A stretch of DNA of 60,044 nucleotides, filler included. It is 4 parts of 4 records of this genome, joined end to end, with 100 filler letters (N's around TTAATTAATTAA, not from the genome) between each part and the next. Parts side by side here need not be neighbours in the genome. Positions count along the whole stretch, not along the records: positions 22,516 to 37,732 come from DRR723986_624; positions 37,833 to 54,012 come from DRR723986_626; 2 more parts are not named here. The stretch is one strand, 5' to 3'. The stretch's first letter is position 1, and each line of letters begins with the position of its first letter. Below are positions 27,800-37,923 of this stretch, one piece after another. A model generated the notes under the pieces. That model had not been told where the DNA came from. It was given only the letters and a program-made list of their open reading frames with translations, and did no database searches. The position numbers and the translations under genes were made by a program.

Positions 27800-28660
27800 A
27801 TGAGCACAGAAGACGCGCTGCAACAGCAGCTGGCCGCCGTGGCGCGCGATGCCCCGCCCAAATTGGCCAGCTTTGCGCTATGGCTGATCGATCACTTGCC
27901 CAAAGTCGCCTTCAGCTCGATCCGGGGGGTGGCGGCACAGGCGGGCACCAACCCAAATACCGTCACCCGGCTGGCGCAAAGGCTGGGCTTTAGCGGCTTT
28001 GACGCCTTTCGCGCCGAGGTGCGCCAGGCCCTGGCCCCCAGCACCGCCCCCTATGGCCAACGCGCCCAAGCGCTGCGCAACCGCCCCGGCACCGAAATCT
28101 GGGATGAGGCGCTGCAAACCAACCTGGAAAACCTGACCAGCTTTTTCCAACCCGCAGGGCTGGCCCGGCTAGAGCACTGTATCGACCCGCTGCTATCGGC
28201 GCGGCGGGTGCATGCGGTGGGGGTGCGCAGCTGCCTTAGCGTGGCGCATTACCTGGCCTATGCAGGCGCCATGGCCTTTGACAATTTTGCCGAATTTCCC
28301 GCCATGCCCGGCGCGATCATGGATCAAATGTCAACCACCACACCCGATGACATCGTGGTGGCGATCACCTATGCCCATTATTCCGCCGAAGTGGTGCGCG
28401 CCTGCCAAGTGGCCCGCCTGCGCGGCGCGCGGGTGCTGGCCATCACCGACAGCCACGCCAGCCCCATTGCCGAAGACGCCTGGCAAGTGTTGAAAATTCC
28501 CATGAACGGCCCGCAGCTGATGCCCTCGCTGAGCACGGCATTTGTGGCGGTCGAGCTGTTGCTGGCCGCGATGGCTGCGCGCTCGGACAGGGCGGCGGAA
28601 AACATCGCAAAACACGAGGCCCGCATCCGCGATTATGGCGGCTATATCGCGCTGAAATAG
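27800..28660 (+). CDS. MurR/RpiR-family regulator
   Basis: HTH (TVTRLAQRLGFSGF) plus SIS domain (LAITDSHASP); alternative start at 27782. Confidence 0.9.
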   Translation: MSTEDALQQQLAAVARDAPPKLASFALWLIDHLPKVAFSSIRGVAAQAGTNPNTVTRLAQRLGFSGFDAFRAEVRQALAPSTAPYGQRAQALRNRPGTEIWDEALQTNLENLTSFFQPAGLARLEHCIDPLLSARRVHAVGVRSCLSVAHYLAYAGAMAFDNFAEFPAMPGAIMDQMSTTTPDDIVVAITYAHYSAEVVRACQVARLRGARVLAITDSHASPIAEDAWQVLKIPMNGPQLMPSLSTAFVAVELLLAAMAARSDRAAENIAKHEARIRDYGGYIALK

Positions 28661-28689
28661 CCGCCCCCAACCTTGGGCTGCGCCCGCCG

Positions 28690-29082
28690 CTAGCCCTGCT
28701 GCAGGGCAAACCCCTCGTCCAGCCAGCCGGTGATACCACCCGCCATCAGCTTTACCGCGCGCCCCAGCCGCGCCAGCCGCAATGCCGCGCGGGCAGCGCC
28801 GTTGCAATGCGGGCCCGCGCAATAGGTGACAAACAAGGTATCAGCAGGCCAATCTTGCATTTTATGGGCGGTTATTTTGCCATGCGGCAGGTTGATCGCA
28901 CCGGGCACATGGCCGGCGGCAAACAGCGCCGGGCTGCGCACATCGAGCAGCACAAAATCAGCCCCCTGCGCAAGCGAGGCATGCACATCCCAGCAATCGG
29001 TTTCAAAAGCGAATTCAGCCTCGAAATGCGCCACGGCAAGGGCGCTGGGGGCTGCGGGAATTTCACTGACAGGTGTGGACAT
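28690..29082 (-). CDS. Rhodanese-domain protein
   Basis: LLDVRS, GHVPGAINLP, YCAGPHCNGA and GGITGW motifs. Confidence 0.9.
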   Translation of the reverse strand: MSTPVSEIPAAPSALAVAHFEAEFAFETDCWDVHASLAQGADFVLLDVRSPALFAAGHVPGAINLPHGKITAHKMQDWPADTLFVTYCAGPHCNGAARAALRLARLGRAVKLMAGGITGWLDEGFALQQG

Positions 29083-29165
29083 GGCAAACCCCTTAGGTGC
29101 TGCGAAACGTGTTAAAGATGCAAATGTGCATAGCGTCGGTTCTATATTACACGGCCTTGGCGCGA

Positions 29166-30473
29166 TCAGTGCACAAATTGCAGCGTGTCAAAGCTGCGGC
29201 GCCATTCTGCCACCTGTGGGGCAATACTGGCATCAAACAGGCCTTTGGCAATCCATGCCGCCAGCTGCGGGGCGTCTTTTTCGGTCATGCCCCAGCGCAC
29301 CAATTCGGGCGTGCCAATGCGCAAGCCGTTCAAATCGCCCGCCACCTCGGCCACGGGCAGGCCAATGCCACAGGCCAAAAACCCCGCCCGCCGCAGCTGT
29401 TTCGAGGCCGCCTGCCCCCCGCCATAGGCCGCGGCCAGCACGGCAAACTGATGCGACTGCGTGTGCCCATGCGCCCCGTTGAAAACCGGCACCCCTTGGC
29501 CCTGCAATTCAGCCGCCAAAGCCTGTGACATGGCAATCATCGCGCGGGCGTAGGCTGCGCCATGATCGCGCCAATCCAGCATGGTGACAGCCAAAGCAGC
29601 GGTTTTGGCCGCGTCAAAATTGGCGGTCATGCCGGGAAAGGCGATATGATCCAGCGCTTGGGCTATATCGGCATCATTGGTCACAATCAGCCCGCCTGCC
29701 GGGCCACCCAAGCTTTTGTAGGTGCTCATGGTCATGAAATGCGCGCCCTCGGCCAGGGGGTTTTTCCAGGCGCCCCCTGCGATGATGCCGCATTGATGGG
29801 CGGCATCAAACATCACCTTGGCGCCTACCTCGTCGGCTATGGCGCGGATCTCGGCCACCGGGTGCTCGAACAGGTTCAAGCTGCCGCCCACGGTGATCAG
29901 TTTTGGCCGCTCGGCCAGGGCCAGCTGGCGCAGCGCTGCCAGATCTACGCTATAGCCCGCCATATCCATCGGCGCGAGCACGCTGCGCAAGCCATAAAGC
30001 CCGGCACAGCCCGCGCTGTGGTGGGTGACATGCCCACCAATCGCCGCAGGCGGCGCGATAATGGTATCACCGGGGTTGCAGGTGGCCATAAAGCCATAAA
30101 GATTGGCCAATGCCCCAGATGGCACCCGGCATTCTGCATATTTGGCCTGAAACACCTGCGCACAAAGCGCCGCGGCGATCACTTCGATCTCTTCGATGGC
30201 CTCTAGGCCCATCTCGTATTTATCACCCGGATAGCCCAGCGATGGCCGCGAGCCGATGCCCGAGGCCAAAAGCGCCTCGGCCTTGGGGTTCATGACATTG
30301 GTGGCAGGGTTTAGATTGAAACAGGCGCGTTCGTGGATCTCGCGGTTTGCCTCGGCCAAACCCGCCAGTTGCGCCATCAGCGCCGCTGAGGGGGCAGCCT
30401 GTGCCTGTTCAGCGATGGTTTGCACCAAATCTTCGCTTTGGGCTGGAACCCAATCTCTGCGCGCCAATACCAT
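29166..30473 (-). CDS. Serine hydroxymethyltransferase-like PLP enzyme
   Basis: GYPGDKYEMG, GGHVTH, DAAH, STYKSLGGPAGG and GLRIGT motifs. Confidence 0.85.
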   Translation of the reverse strand: MVLARRDWVPAQSEDLVQTIAEQAQAAPSAALMAQLAGLAEANREIHERACFNLNPATNVMNPKAEALLASGIGSRPSLGYPGDKYEMGLEAIEEIEVIAAALCAQVFQAKYAECRVPSGALANLYGFMATCNPGDTIIAPPAAIGGHVTHHSAGCAGLYGLRSVLAPMDMAGYSVDLAALRQLALAERPKLITVGGSLNLFEHPVAEIRAIADEVGAKVMFDAAHQCGIIAGGAWKNPLAEGAHFMTMSTYKSLGGPAGGLIVTNDADIAQALDHIAFPGMTANFDAAKTAALAVTMLDWRDHGAAYARAMIAMSQALAAELQGQGVPVFNGAHGHTQSHQFAVLAAAYGGGQAASKQLRRAGFLACGIGLPVAEVAGDLNGLRIGTPELVRWGMTEKDAPQLAAWIAKGLFDASIAPQVAEWRRSFDTLQFVH

Positions 30474-30556
30474 TTTGCCCAAGCCCCCCTGTTGTGGCCC
30501 GCAGTGTGGCAAGATGCACATAAATTGCAAGCAGCAAGGCAGCCTGTGGCGGGCGC

Positions 30557-31738
30557 TTAATCGGGTTCGGAAAACGCCTCTTGCGCGCGCAATAGCGGGT
30601 GGAAAAGATATTGAAACACTGTGCGCTGGCCGGCATCCAGTTCCACATCGGCCTGCATGCCGGGGCGGATGGCCACCTCGCCATCGGGGCCGCGCAGGCT
30701 GTGCCCATCCAGCGCCACGATGATTTCGTAATAGGGCTTTGGCTCGGCCTGGCCCTCGTCAACCACCGTGTCGGCACTTAGGTGCGTGACCCGCCCCGAC
30801 AGGCTGCCGTAATCGCGATAATCAAAGGCGGTCAGCTTGATATTGGCAGGCATGCCCACATAGACCGGGCCAATATCGGCCGGGGCGATGCGGCCTGCCA
30901 CCACGGGCGTGTCATCTAGCGGAATGATTTCCAAAATCGGTCCACCGGGCGCCACAACGCCGCCTGCGGTTTCCACCACGATGCGGTTCACCACCCCGGC
31001 AACTGGCGCGCGCAATTGCGTGCGCTCGACCTGCGCCGCGCGCACGCGGATTTGCTGGCGCACCTGGTTCAGCTCGCCCTGCAATTCAGACAGGGCCTGC
31101 ACCCGCTGGGCCTGAAAACCGGTGCGCAGCTCGGTGATTTTTTGGCTGATTTCCAACACCGCCTGCCGGGCGCGGATCAAATCGGTTTCGGGCACAGCAT
31201 TGCGCGCGGCCATCGGTTCTAGCAAGGCCAGCTCGTCGGCGCGGGCGGCCTCGATCTGGGCCAGCAAGGCCAGCGTTTCTTGGTGCTGGGCCAGGCGCGC
31301 GGCAAAAAGCGCGGCCTCGGTTTGCGCCGCATCGGGCGCGCGGGCGGCCAGATCTGCGGGAATTTCAAGGGGCGTGGTGCGGCTGGTATCAGCCTCGGCC
31401 ATCAGCCGCAAAATCTGCATTTCCAACAGCGCCTCGCGCCCGCGCAATTCGTCAAACGCGCTGCGATAGGCGGTATCATCGAGCTGCGCCAAGGGCTGGC
31501 CCCTGGCCACCATATCGCCCTCGGCCACAAAAATTTGCCGCAATATCCCGCCTTCAAGGTTTTGGATGGTCTGGGTGGCTGTGCGCGGCTCGACCCGGCC
31601 CATGCCCCGCACAACCGCATTGATAGGGGCATAATAAGACCACAGCAAAAAGCCCGCGATCAGCGCAATCACCAGATAAATCACCACCCGCGGGCGCGAT
31701 TTTGGGGCCTGATAGGCCAAATGCACAGCCGTGCTCAT
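30557..31738 (-). CDS. HlyD-family T1SS membrane fusion protein
   Basis: IQNLEGG, RAPVAG and IRPGM motifs; ATGA overlap with the ABC gene. Confidence 0.92.
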   Translation of the reverse strand: MSTAVHLAYQAPKSRPRVVIYLVIALIAGFLLWSYYAPINAVVRGMGRVEPRTATQTIQNLEGGILRQIFVAEGDMVARGQPLAQLDDTAYRSAFDELRGREALLEMQILRLMAEADTSRTTPLEIPADLAARAPDAAQTEAALFAARLAQHQETLALLAQIEAARADELALLEPMAARNAVPETDLIRARQAVLEISQKITELRTGFQAQRVQALSELQGELNQVRQQIRVRAAQVERTQLRAPVAGVVNRIVVETAGGVVAPGGPILEIIPLDDTPVVAGRIAPADIGPVYVGMPANIKLTAFDYRDYGSLSGRVTHLSADTVVDEGQAEPKPYYEIIVALDGHSLRGPDGEVAIRPGMQADVELDAGQRTVFQYLFHPLLRAQEAFSEPD

Positions 31739-33894
31739 GCGCGCGCCTCGCTGGGTTTGGCGGCCGTGGCAGGGGCGGTGAACCGCGCCAATACCTCGTC
31801 TTTCGGGCCCGCCGCCAACAGCCGCCCTTCGGCCAGCACAACGACCTCGTCCACCACATCCATCAGGGCCAGGCGATGGGTGGCAATGATGCAGCCGCGC
31901 CCCTGCAGCCATGTGGCAAAGCGTTTCACAAAGGCGGTTTCGGCGCGCGTATCCATTGCGGCGGTGGGTTCATCCAAAATCACCAGCGCTGGGTCTTGCA
32001 GATAAAGCCGCGCCAGCCCCACAGCGGCGCGCTGCCCCACCGAAAGCCCCTCGCCGCCATCGTGAATGGGCAGATCCAGCCCCAGCGTGGTGGTCGAAAC
32101 CACCCGGCCAAGCCCGGCAAATTCCAGCGCCTCGATCAGCTGCGCATCGCTGAAATGAGCCGAGCCCACAGACAGGTTTTCGCGCAGCGTGCCTTTGAAT
32201 AGGCGCGGATCTTGGGGCAAAAACGCAATCGCGCGGCGGCGATCGTCGGGGTCGATCTGGCGCGCCTCGACGCCGTCGATCACATAGGTGCCCTGCAACG
32301 GCTCGTATAGGCCCGCCAAAATGCGCAGCAGCAATGATTTACCCGAGCCGTTTTCGCCCAGCAGCGCCACATGCCGCCCGGGCTTTATTTCCAGCTGCGG
32401 CAAGACCAGCTGCACGCCTTCCACACCGGGATAGGCGGTGCGAATATCGCGCAGCATCAGATGGCCCTGAATAGTGGTGCGGCGGATAAAGCTGCGCTCG
32501 GCCGGGCGTTCAACCGCAGCTGTTGCGATACCCTCGAGCGCCTCAAGCGAGGCCTTGGTGTTTTGCCAGCGCGAAATGATCGACGACAGCTGCACCACTG
32601 GCGCCAGGGTGCGGCTGGTCAGGATCGACACGGCAATAATGCCCCCAACCGACAACAGCCCGCCAAAAAACATGTAAACACCACCAGTAACCACGGAAAT
32701 ATAGGTCAGCATCTGCAGCGCGCCGGCTGCAAAAGACAAGGTGGCCGACAAGCGGCGATGTTCTGATGATTTCAGCGCATTCAGCACCGCCACCTCTTCC
32801 CAATTGCGCTGAAACCAATGGGCGGCATTGTGGCTGCGCAGCATTTCCATGCCGTAACTGGCCTCGGTCAATATGCGCAAGGCCGCGGTATTGGCGCCCA
32901 GCATGTCTTTGGACAGCCGCCGCATACGCGCCTGAAACACCAGCCCCAAACACACCATCAGCACCGCGCCCAGGGCCACGATGGCCACCAATGGGCCGCT
33001 GATGGCAAAGATCACCAGCATAAACACCAGCACAAAGGGCAAATCTGTGACAACCCCCACCGCCGAGACGGCAAAAAACTCTTTCACCGATGAAAATTCG
33101 CGCATGGTATTCACCAAGGCGCCGGGCGGCATCGGGCGGCGATCAAGACGCATGTCGATCAGGCGCTGAAACAGGTCGCGGTTGACCGCGATTTCAATAT
33201 CGCGCCCCGCCCGATCGATCAGCATGGCGCGCGAGACGCGCAGGAAAAACTCCATCACAATGGCCGCCGCCGCACCGCTGGCCAGCACCCATAGCGTGGC
33301 CTCGTTTTGGTTGGGCACCACCCGGTCGTAGACCTGCAGCGCAAAAAGCGACACGGTGATGGCTAAGATATTGGCAAAAGCCGAGGCCAAAACCACATCG
33401 AAAATACGCGCCTTGATAACACCGAAATGCCCCCAAAACCAATGCCTGCGGGCGGTTGTGCCGGCGTGCTTTTCTGTCAGCGCCTCGGTTTCGGGAATAA
33501 AATACACCACCTCGCCCGACGAGATCGCGGCCAGATCCATGCGGCTTATGGGCTGCGGCGCGCTGTCTTTGGCCGGGTCTTGCACCGCGAATTGATCGCC
33601 CTTGGCATCGACGCTGTGCACAAACACCACACCGCCCCCCTTTTGCACCAACAGGCAGGGCGGCACGATCTGCGCCACGCGCTGGCCCTTGAGGTGGCGC
33701 AGCTGCAGGCCAAACCGCGCAATCGCGCGCGGCAGCAGCGCCATGGGCAGCCCATCGCCATCGCCCTGCGGCAAGCCCACCCACAGATCGGCGGCCACCA
33801 GGGCCCGGCCCAAATGGTGCAAATAGGCCAGCGTGGCCGCTTCCAGGCCGGGCGTGGCTGCAGCGGCGGCGGGCGGTGGGGTTTGATCGGTCAT
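31735..33894 (-). CDS. T1SS ABC permease/ATPase (LapB-like)
   Basis: QVYDRVVP, GENGSGKS, LSVGQR and LDEPT motifs. Confidence 0.93.
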   Translation of the reverse strand: MTDQTPPPAAAAATPGLEAATLAYLHHLGRALVAADLWVGLPQGDGDGLPMALLPRAIARFGLQLRHLKGQRVAQIVPPCLLVQKGGGVVFVHSVDAKGDQFAVQDPAKDSAPQPISRMDLAAISSGEVVYFIPETEALTEKHAGTTARRHWFWGHFGVIKARIFDVVLASAFANILAITVSLFALQVYDRVVPNQNEATLWVLASGAAAAIVMEFFLRVSRAMLIDRAGRDIEIAVNRDLFQRLIDMRLDRRPMPPGALVNTMREFSSVKEFFAVSAVGVVTDLPFVLVFMLVIFAISGPLVAIVALGAVLMVCLGLVFQARMRRLSKDMLGANTAALRILTEASYGMEMLRSHNAAHWFQRNWEEVAVLNALKSSEHRRLSATLSFAAGALQMLTYISVVTGGVYMFFGGLLSVGGIIAVSILTSRTLAPVVQLSSIISRWQNTKASLEALEGIATAAVERPAERSFIRRTTIQGHLMLRDIRTAYPGVEGVQLVLPQLEIKPGRHVALLGENGSGKSLLLRILAGLYEPLQGTYVIDGVEARQIDPDDRRRAIAFLPQDPRLFKGTLRENLSVGSAHFSDAQLIEALEFAGLGRVVSTTTLGLDLPIHDGGEGLSVGQRAAVGLARLYLQDPALVILDEPTAAMDTRAETAFVKRFATWLQGRGCIIATHRLALMDVVDEVVVLAEGRLLAAGPKDEVLARFTAPATAAKPSEARA

Positions 33895-35255
33895 TGCGTT
33901 TCGAATTCCACAGGCGAGAGCGCCCCATAAAGGCGTGCCGCCGACAGGCAATTGCGCCCGATCGCAGCCCGCGCCTCGGATATGGCAATGATATTGGCGG
34001 TGCGTTCCACCTCGAGGCGCACCGCCTCGCTGCTTTGCGCAGCACCAGTGGCAAAACGGTCTTCAAACAGCGCCAGCGAGCGCTTGTTCGTGGCAATCAG
34101 CGCGGCATAATCGCCCAGGCTGGCGGCCTGCGCCTGGCTGTCCATACGCAGCCGCATAACATCGCGCCCGAGATCTTGGGCCAATTGGCCAAAGGCCTTG
34201 GCCGCCGCCTGTGTGCGCTGTTTCGCAGCCTCGATCCGCAGCCGCGCGCCGCCCCCGGCAATGGTGCCCCCCTCGAGCGTGATTTGCGCGGTTTCGGTGG
34301 TTTGGCCCTTGCCATTGCCCACCGCCTGCGCCTGCCCCATGATCCGGGGAAACAGCGCTTTTTCAGTGGCTTGCTCATCGATCCGGGCCAGTTCTATGGC
34401 CATGCGCGCGCGCATCAAGGCGGGTGCATAGGGCGCATCGGGCAAAATATGGCAACTCTCGACCAGCCGTTTCAGCCCCGGCACAGCCCGCGCAAAGGGC
34501 TGTTCTGTGGCCTGCGCCACCTCGGCCTGGGCCTGGGCCAGCAACGCACGCTGGCGAATGGTTTCGCGGCGGTTTTCCTGGCGCGAGACATCGACAAACA
34601 GCGCATCGCCCTGCCCGGCCACACCGGCCTTTAGCCTGTCATCCTCGCGCGCGGCGATCTTTGCCAAACGCCCCTCAAGCGCGTTGCGCGCGGCGATTAT
34701 ATCGGTTGCGGCCACGGCAGCCAAATAGGCCTCGGCGGCTTGCAGCACGGTTTCGTTGCGCGCATCCCAAAAATCCAGCTCGGTCATCACCCGGGCAATA
34801 TCGGCCCGTTTGCGGCGCGTGGCGGTTTGGCTGAAATCATAGATCATCTGGCTGACCGAGATCCCCACACCCGAGGCCACACCGCCAAAACCGGCGGTGG
34901 CCACAGGGCGCACGCTGGGCAGCCAGGCGGCATTTTCGGCCGCGCTATCGGCAAGTGCTGCGCGCAGTTCAAACACCTTGGGCGAGCGGGCAATGGCCAC
35001 CGCATCGGCCCGCTGCGCCAATGCCCCCAAATCTGTGCCGTCACGCAGCGCCCGCCGCCAATCGGCCTTATAGGCGCCACCCATCACGTAATCTGCGGAA
35101 ATTTCTGTCTGCTCGGGCGGCACAGCCTGGTTTTTCGCACCGGGCAACGCCAGCGGCGCCATACAGGCCGACATGGCCAAAGCCACCACAAAACTGGCCA
35201 AAACACGGGCATAACGCCCCTGCGCCAAAGGCAAATTGCGCACCTGCATCACCAC
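33891..35255 (-). CDS. TolC-family outer membrane protein
   Basis: Lipobox-like MSAC, OEP-like segments (WLP, QMIYDF); first gene of the T1SS operon; start uncertain. Confidence 0.8.
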   Translation of the reverse strand: MVMQVRNLPLAQGRYARVLASFVVALAMSACMAPLALPGAKNQAVPPEQTEISADYVMGGAYKADWRRALRDGTDLGALAQRADAVAIARSPKVFELRAALADSAAENAAWLPSVRPVATAGFGGVASGVGISVSQMIYDFSQTATRRKRADIARVMTELDFWDARNETVLQAAEAYLAAVAATDIIAARNALEGRLAKIAAREDDRLKAGVAGQGDALFVDVSRQENRRETIRQRALLAQAQAEVAQATEQPFARAVPGLKRLVESCHILPDAPYAPALMRARMAIELARIDEQATEKALFPRIMGQAQAVGNGKGQTTETAQITLEGGTIAGGGARLRIEAAKQRTQAAAKAFGQLAQDLGRDVMRLRMDSQAQAASLGDYAALIATNKRSLALFEDRFATGAAQSSEAVRLEVERTANIIAISEARAAIGRNCLSAARLYGALSPVEFETQ

Positions 35256-35395
35256 TTAAACCTGCTCTTACCAAACCCCACCCGTTCTAGGCCTGAACGG
35301 CCACGCAGGTGATTTATTAAGCAAACCTTACCAAATTTGGCCCCAAAGAGCCAGATGTTTCTGCCCCACCACGATTGAAGGGGGAAAAAGAGAAA

Positions 35396-35420
35396 CAGCG
35401 GCCCCGGGTTGGGGCCGCTG
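35396..35420 (-). terminator. Terminator after the adhesin gene
   Basis: CAGCGGCCCC-loop-GGGGCCGCTG followed by a T-rich tail on the minus strand. Confidence 0.75.
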
Positions 35421-35437
35421 CGCATTGGGTTAACCGA

Positions 35438-37732
35438 TTACGTCAGGTTTACGGTGATATCGTCATCGATGATCAGCGTCGCATCGCCGCCAACCTGTTG
35501 ATAGATGTCGTATACTTTATTCTCGATCGAGATGTCTTTGCCGGTATCCTCAAAACCGCTGGCATTCACAGTATCACCAGTATCACCAGCTTCACCAATG
35601 ATAATCAGCGTGTTATTGGCATCTGTCAGCGCAATTAGATCAGAGGCATTCAACGTTACCGTCTGTGCGTTGCCCCCATCTTCCATGTCGATATATTCAA
35701 CAGGGGCATTTGCGAAGGCGGCGGAAATATCGGTGATGTTGCCAAAATTCAGCGTCAGGCCATCATCGCTTAGCAAGATGATACTATCGTTGAATTCGTT
35801 AGAATAAACTCCTGCAACCACATTTGACGAGGTGCCACCGTTTTCCAACGCAGTAATTTCTGCTGCTGTTAGGCTGGCACGGCTGGTATCTGTGCCAGCT
35901 GACGCACCATTACTGTCGGTATCGCGGTAATCCGCCACGCCGTCGTCGTCGGTGTCAGTTGACAGCTCGTATTTATCCCAGATCCGGTCGTTATCGGTGT
36001 CGATGTCGAGCCAGTTCGCGATCCCGTCACCGTCGATATCATCGGCCCCAGCATATGTACCCGTCACCGTCACCACTTGGCTGGCAATCAAGGCGTTGCC
36101 CGTACCGTTGTTCAAGCCCGTCGTGATGGTAACACCGGATTCGAAATCAAGGCCTGGCAATGGGTTGGTAACTTTATTTTCGTTCCTCATGTCATAGTTG
36201 TCGATAATGTCTTGAATATCATCGAGAATATTCTCACGCCCGCCGGCCTTGAGATCGACCAGCAGTGCAACGGTGCCCAAGGCAACATCAATGACCAGCT
36301 CCGGTCGCCCTTCACCTGCAAAGGCAGCCCAAACATTTGGCCGTTGGAAAGTTTCTCCAGGTGCCAGATTCCCTGAATCGAACTTGGTATTCAATCCGAT
36401 CCCCGTCAGGTCAGAGCCATTCGCTTGGATGAAGTAAGAACCTTCGTTGAAATCAACAATAACTGTATCGTTGATCTTGATAAACAAACCATCATCGAAT
36501 TGGTCGATTCGGATACTGAACGTGACGTCCGTAACCTGCTCTGTCGCAACAGTGTTAAAGTCATAGGTGACCGATGACTGTGTTCCCAGACCAGCGTCAT
36601 TGCCAGACTCTCCCAGAGTTGTGGAAACAAAATTGATCTGGTCGCCCGAACCATTATCAACAGTGACGTAGCCCGTAGATGGCGTACCTATGTTGACGCC
36701 ACTGGCAGCCGTTGTCTGGGCTGTGACATCCACGGTCGATTCCCGCTGCGCCTCATCCGTGTCCGAAATCCCGTCTTTATCATCATCGTCATCAAGTGTA
36801 TCCCGCGTGCCATCCCCATCGGTATCGGTAAAGCTGGTCACCTGCGCCGCGAAGCTTCGGTTGCCCGCCTTATCTTGCTGCGTTGCAACCAGCTCAGCCC
36901 CATCCGCAATCGGGCTGGCGGCCACAAAGCTCCATGTGCCATCTGTCCACACAGTGGCCGTGCCAACCAAGGTGCTGAGCCCACCCTCTAGCATATTTAC
37001 CGTAACCACCGCGCCGGCCTCGCCCGTGCCGCTAACGGTATTGGCCTGATCGGTGATGCCCGGGTTGATCGTGGGTGTCAGCACGCGCGTATCAATCGCC
37101 ACCGTATCATTGGCACCCGTATCGCCCGTGTTACCCGCCACATCGGTGTAGGCGCCGGTTAATTCCACACTGCCCGTGCCCTCGATATCGTCGGTGGCCG
37201 TGAATGTGCCCGTCCAGGTAATGCCCCCATTGCTACTGCTTACCGAAGCAATCGTGCCATTGGTGATGGTCAGATCGTTCACATCGAACTCAGTAACCGC
37301 CTCGGTAAAGGTGATCGTCACATCCGAGGTGTTCGCCCCATCGTTCAGATCCGTCGCCGCGATGTCAACCGTGGCGGTCGGCGCGGCTGTGTCAAAGGCC
37401 TGAACATAATCCGCCGGGGCCGTGGCCGTATTGCCCGCCGCATCGGTCACGCCCGTGGTGCTGGTCGCCACGGTGATATCGCCGGCGCTGTTGGCGGTTG
37501 GTGTCACCACCAGCCTGTATACCGTGCTGTTGACCGCCGTAAACGTGCCCTTCGTGCCATTCGTAACCGTCAGATTATCTGCGCTGAACCCGGTCACCGC
37601 CTCGCTGAAGGTGAAGGTAAAGGTCACATCCCCCGTCGCCGTGTTCGCCGTGTCATCGCTGATCGTGACCGTCGGCGCCGTGCCGTCAATCGCCGGCACC
37701 GTCGTCGGGTCAGACACATTGCCCGCCGCATC
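35438..37732 (-). CDS. T1SS-secreted Ig-like repeat adhesin, 5' truncated by the contig end
   Basis: Thr-rich Ig repeats (TFTFSEAV, DAAGN, DTAAP), acidic DTDGDG repeats and a C-terminus resembling a T1SS signal. Confidence 0.85.
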   Translation of the reverse strand, partial: DAAGNVSDPTTVPAIDGTAPTVTISDDTANTATGDVTFTFTFSEAVTGFSADNLTVTNGTKGTFTAVNSTVYRLVVTPTANSAGDITVATSTTGVTDAAGNTATAPADYVQAFDTAAPTATVDIAATDLNDGANTSDVTITFTEAVTEFDVNDLTITNGTIASVSSSNGGITWTGTFTATDDIEGTGSVELTGAYTDVAGNTGDTGANDTVAIDTRVLTPTINPGITDQANTVSGTGEAGAVVTVNMLEGGLSTLVGTATVWTDGTWSFVAASPIADGAELVATQQDKAGNRSFAAQVTSFTDTDGDGTRDTLDDDDDKDGISDTDEAQRESTVDVTAQTTAASGVNIGTPSTGYVTVDNGSGDQINFVSTTLGESGNDAGLGTQSSVTYDFNTVATEQVTDVTFSIRIDQFDDGLFIKINDTVIVDFNEGSYFIQANGSDLTGIGLNTKFDSGNLAPGETFQRPNVWAAFAGEGRPELVIDVALGTVALLVDLKAGGRENILDDIQDIIDNYDMRNENKVTNPLPGLDFESGVTITTGLNNGTGNALIASQVVTVTGTYAGADDIDGDGIANWLDIDTDNDRIWDKYELSTDTDDDGVADYRDTDSNGASAGTDTSRASLTAAEITALENGGTSSNVVAGVYSNEFNDSIILLSDDGLTLNFGNITDISAAFANAPVEYIDMEDGGNAQTVTLNASDLIALTDANNTLIIIGEAGDTGDTVNASGFEDTGKDISIENKVYDIYQQVGGDATLIIDDDITVNLT

Positions 37733-37832
37733 NNNNNNNNNNNNNNNNNNNNNNNNNNNNNNNNNNNNNNNNNNNNTTAATTAATTAANNNNNNNNNNNN
37801 NNNNNNNNNNNNNNNNNNNNNNNNNNNNNNNN
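37733..37832. other. Artificial contig linker
   Basis: N-run, TTAATTAATTAA, N-run. Confidence 0.97.
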
Positions 37833-37906
37833 TCATCATCCATCAGGATGACCATTTTGCCCGCGCGAATATCGTCGAGCAGGTCAGGTACGCTACTGAG
37901 CGCCAT
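37833..37906 (-). CDS. ribB: N-terminus of 3,4-dihydroxy-2-butanone-4-phosphate synthase (RibB/RibBA), truncated
   Basis: Manual translation MALSSVPDLLDDIRAGKMVILMDD; not in the ORF track. Confidence 0.8.
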
Positions 37907-37923
37907 AGTCGTTGTCCCTGGGC

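Noticed and set aside
24053-35312. Long antisense and alternate-frame ORFs in contig 2 (e.g. 25013-25990, 33876-34634)
   Set aside because: Shadow ORFs of high-GC genes that overlap well-supported CDSs
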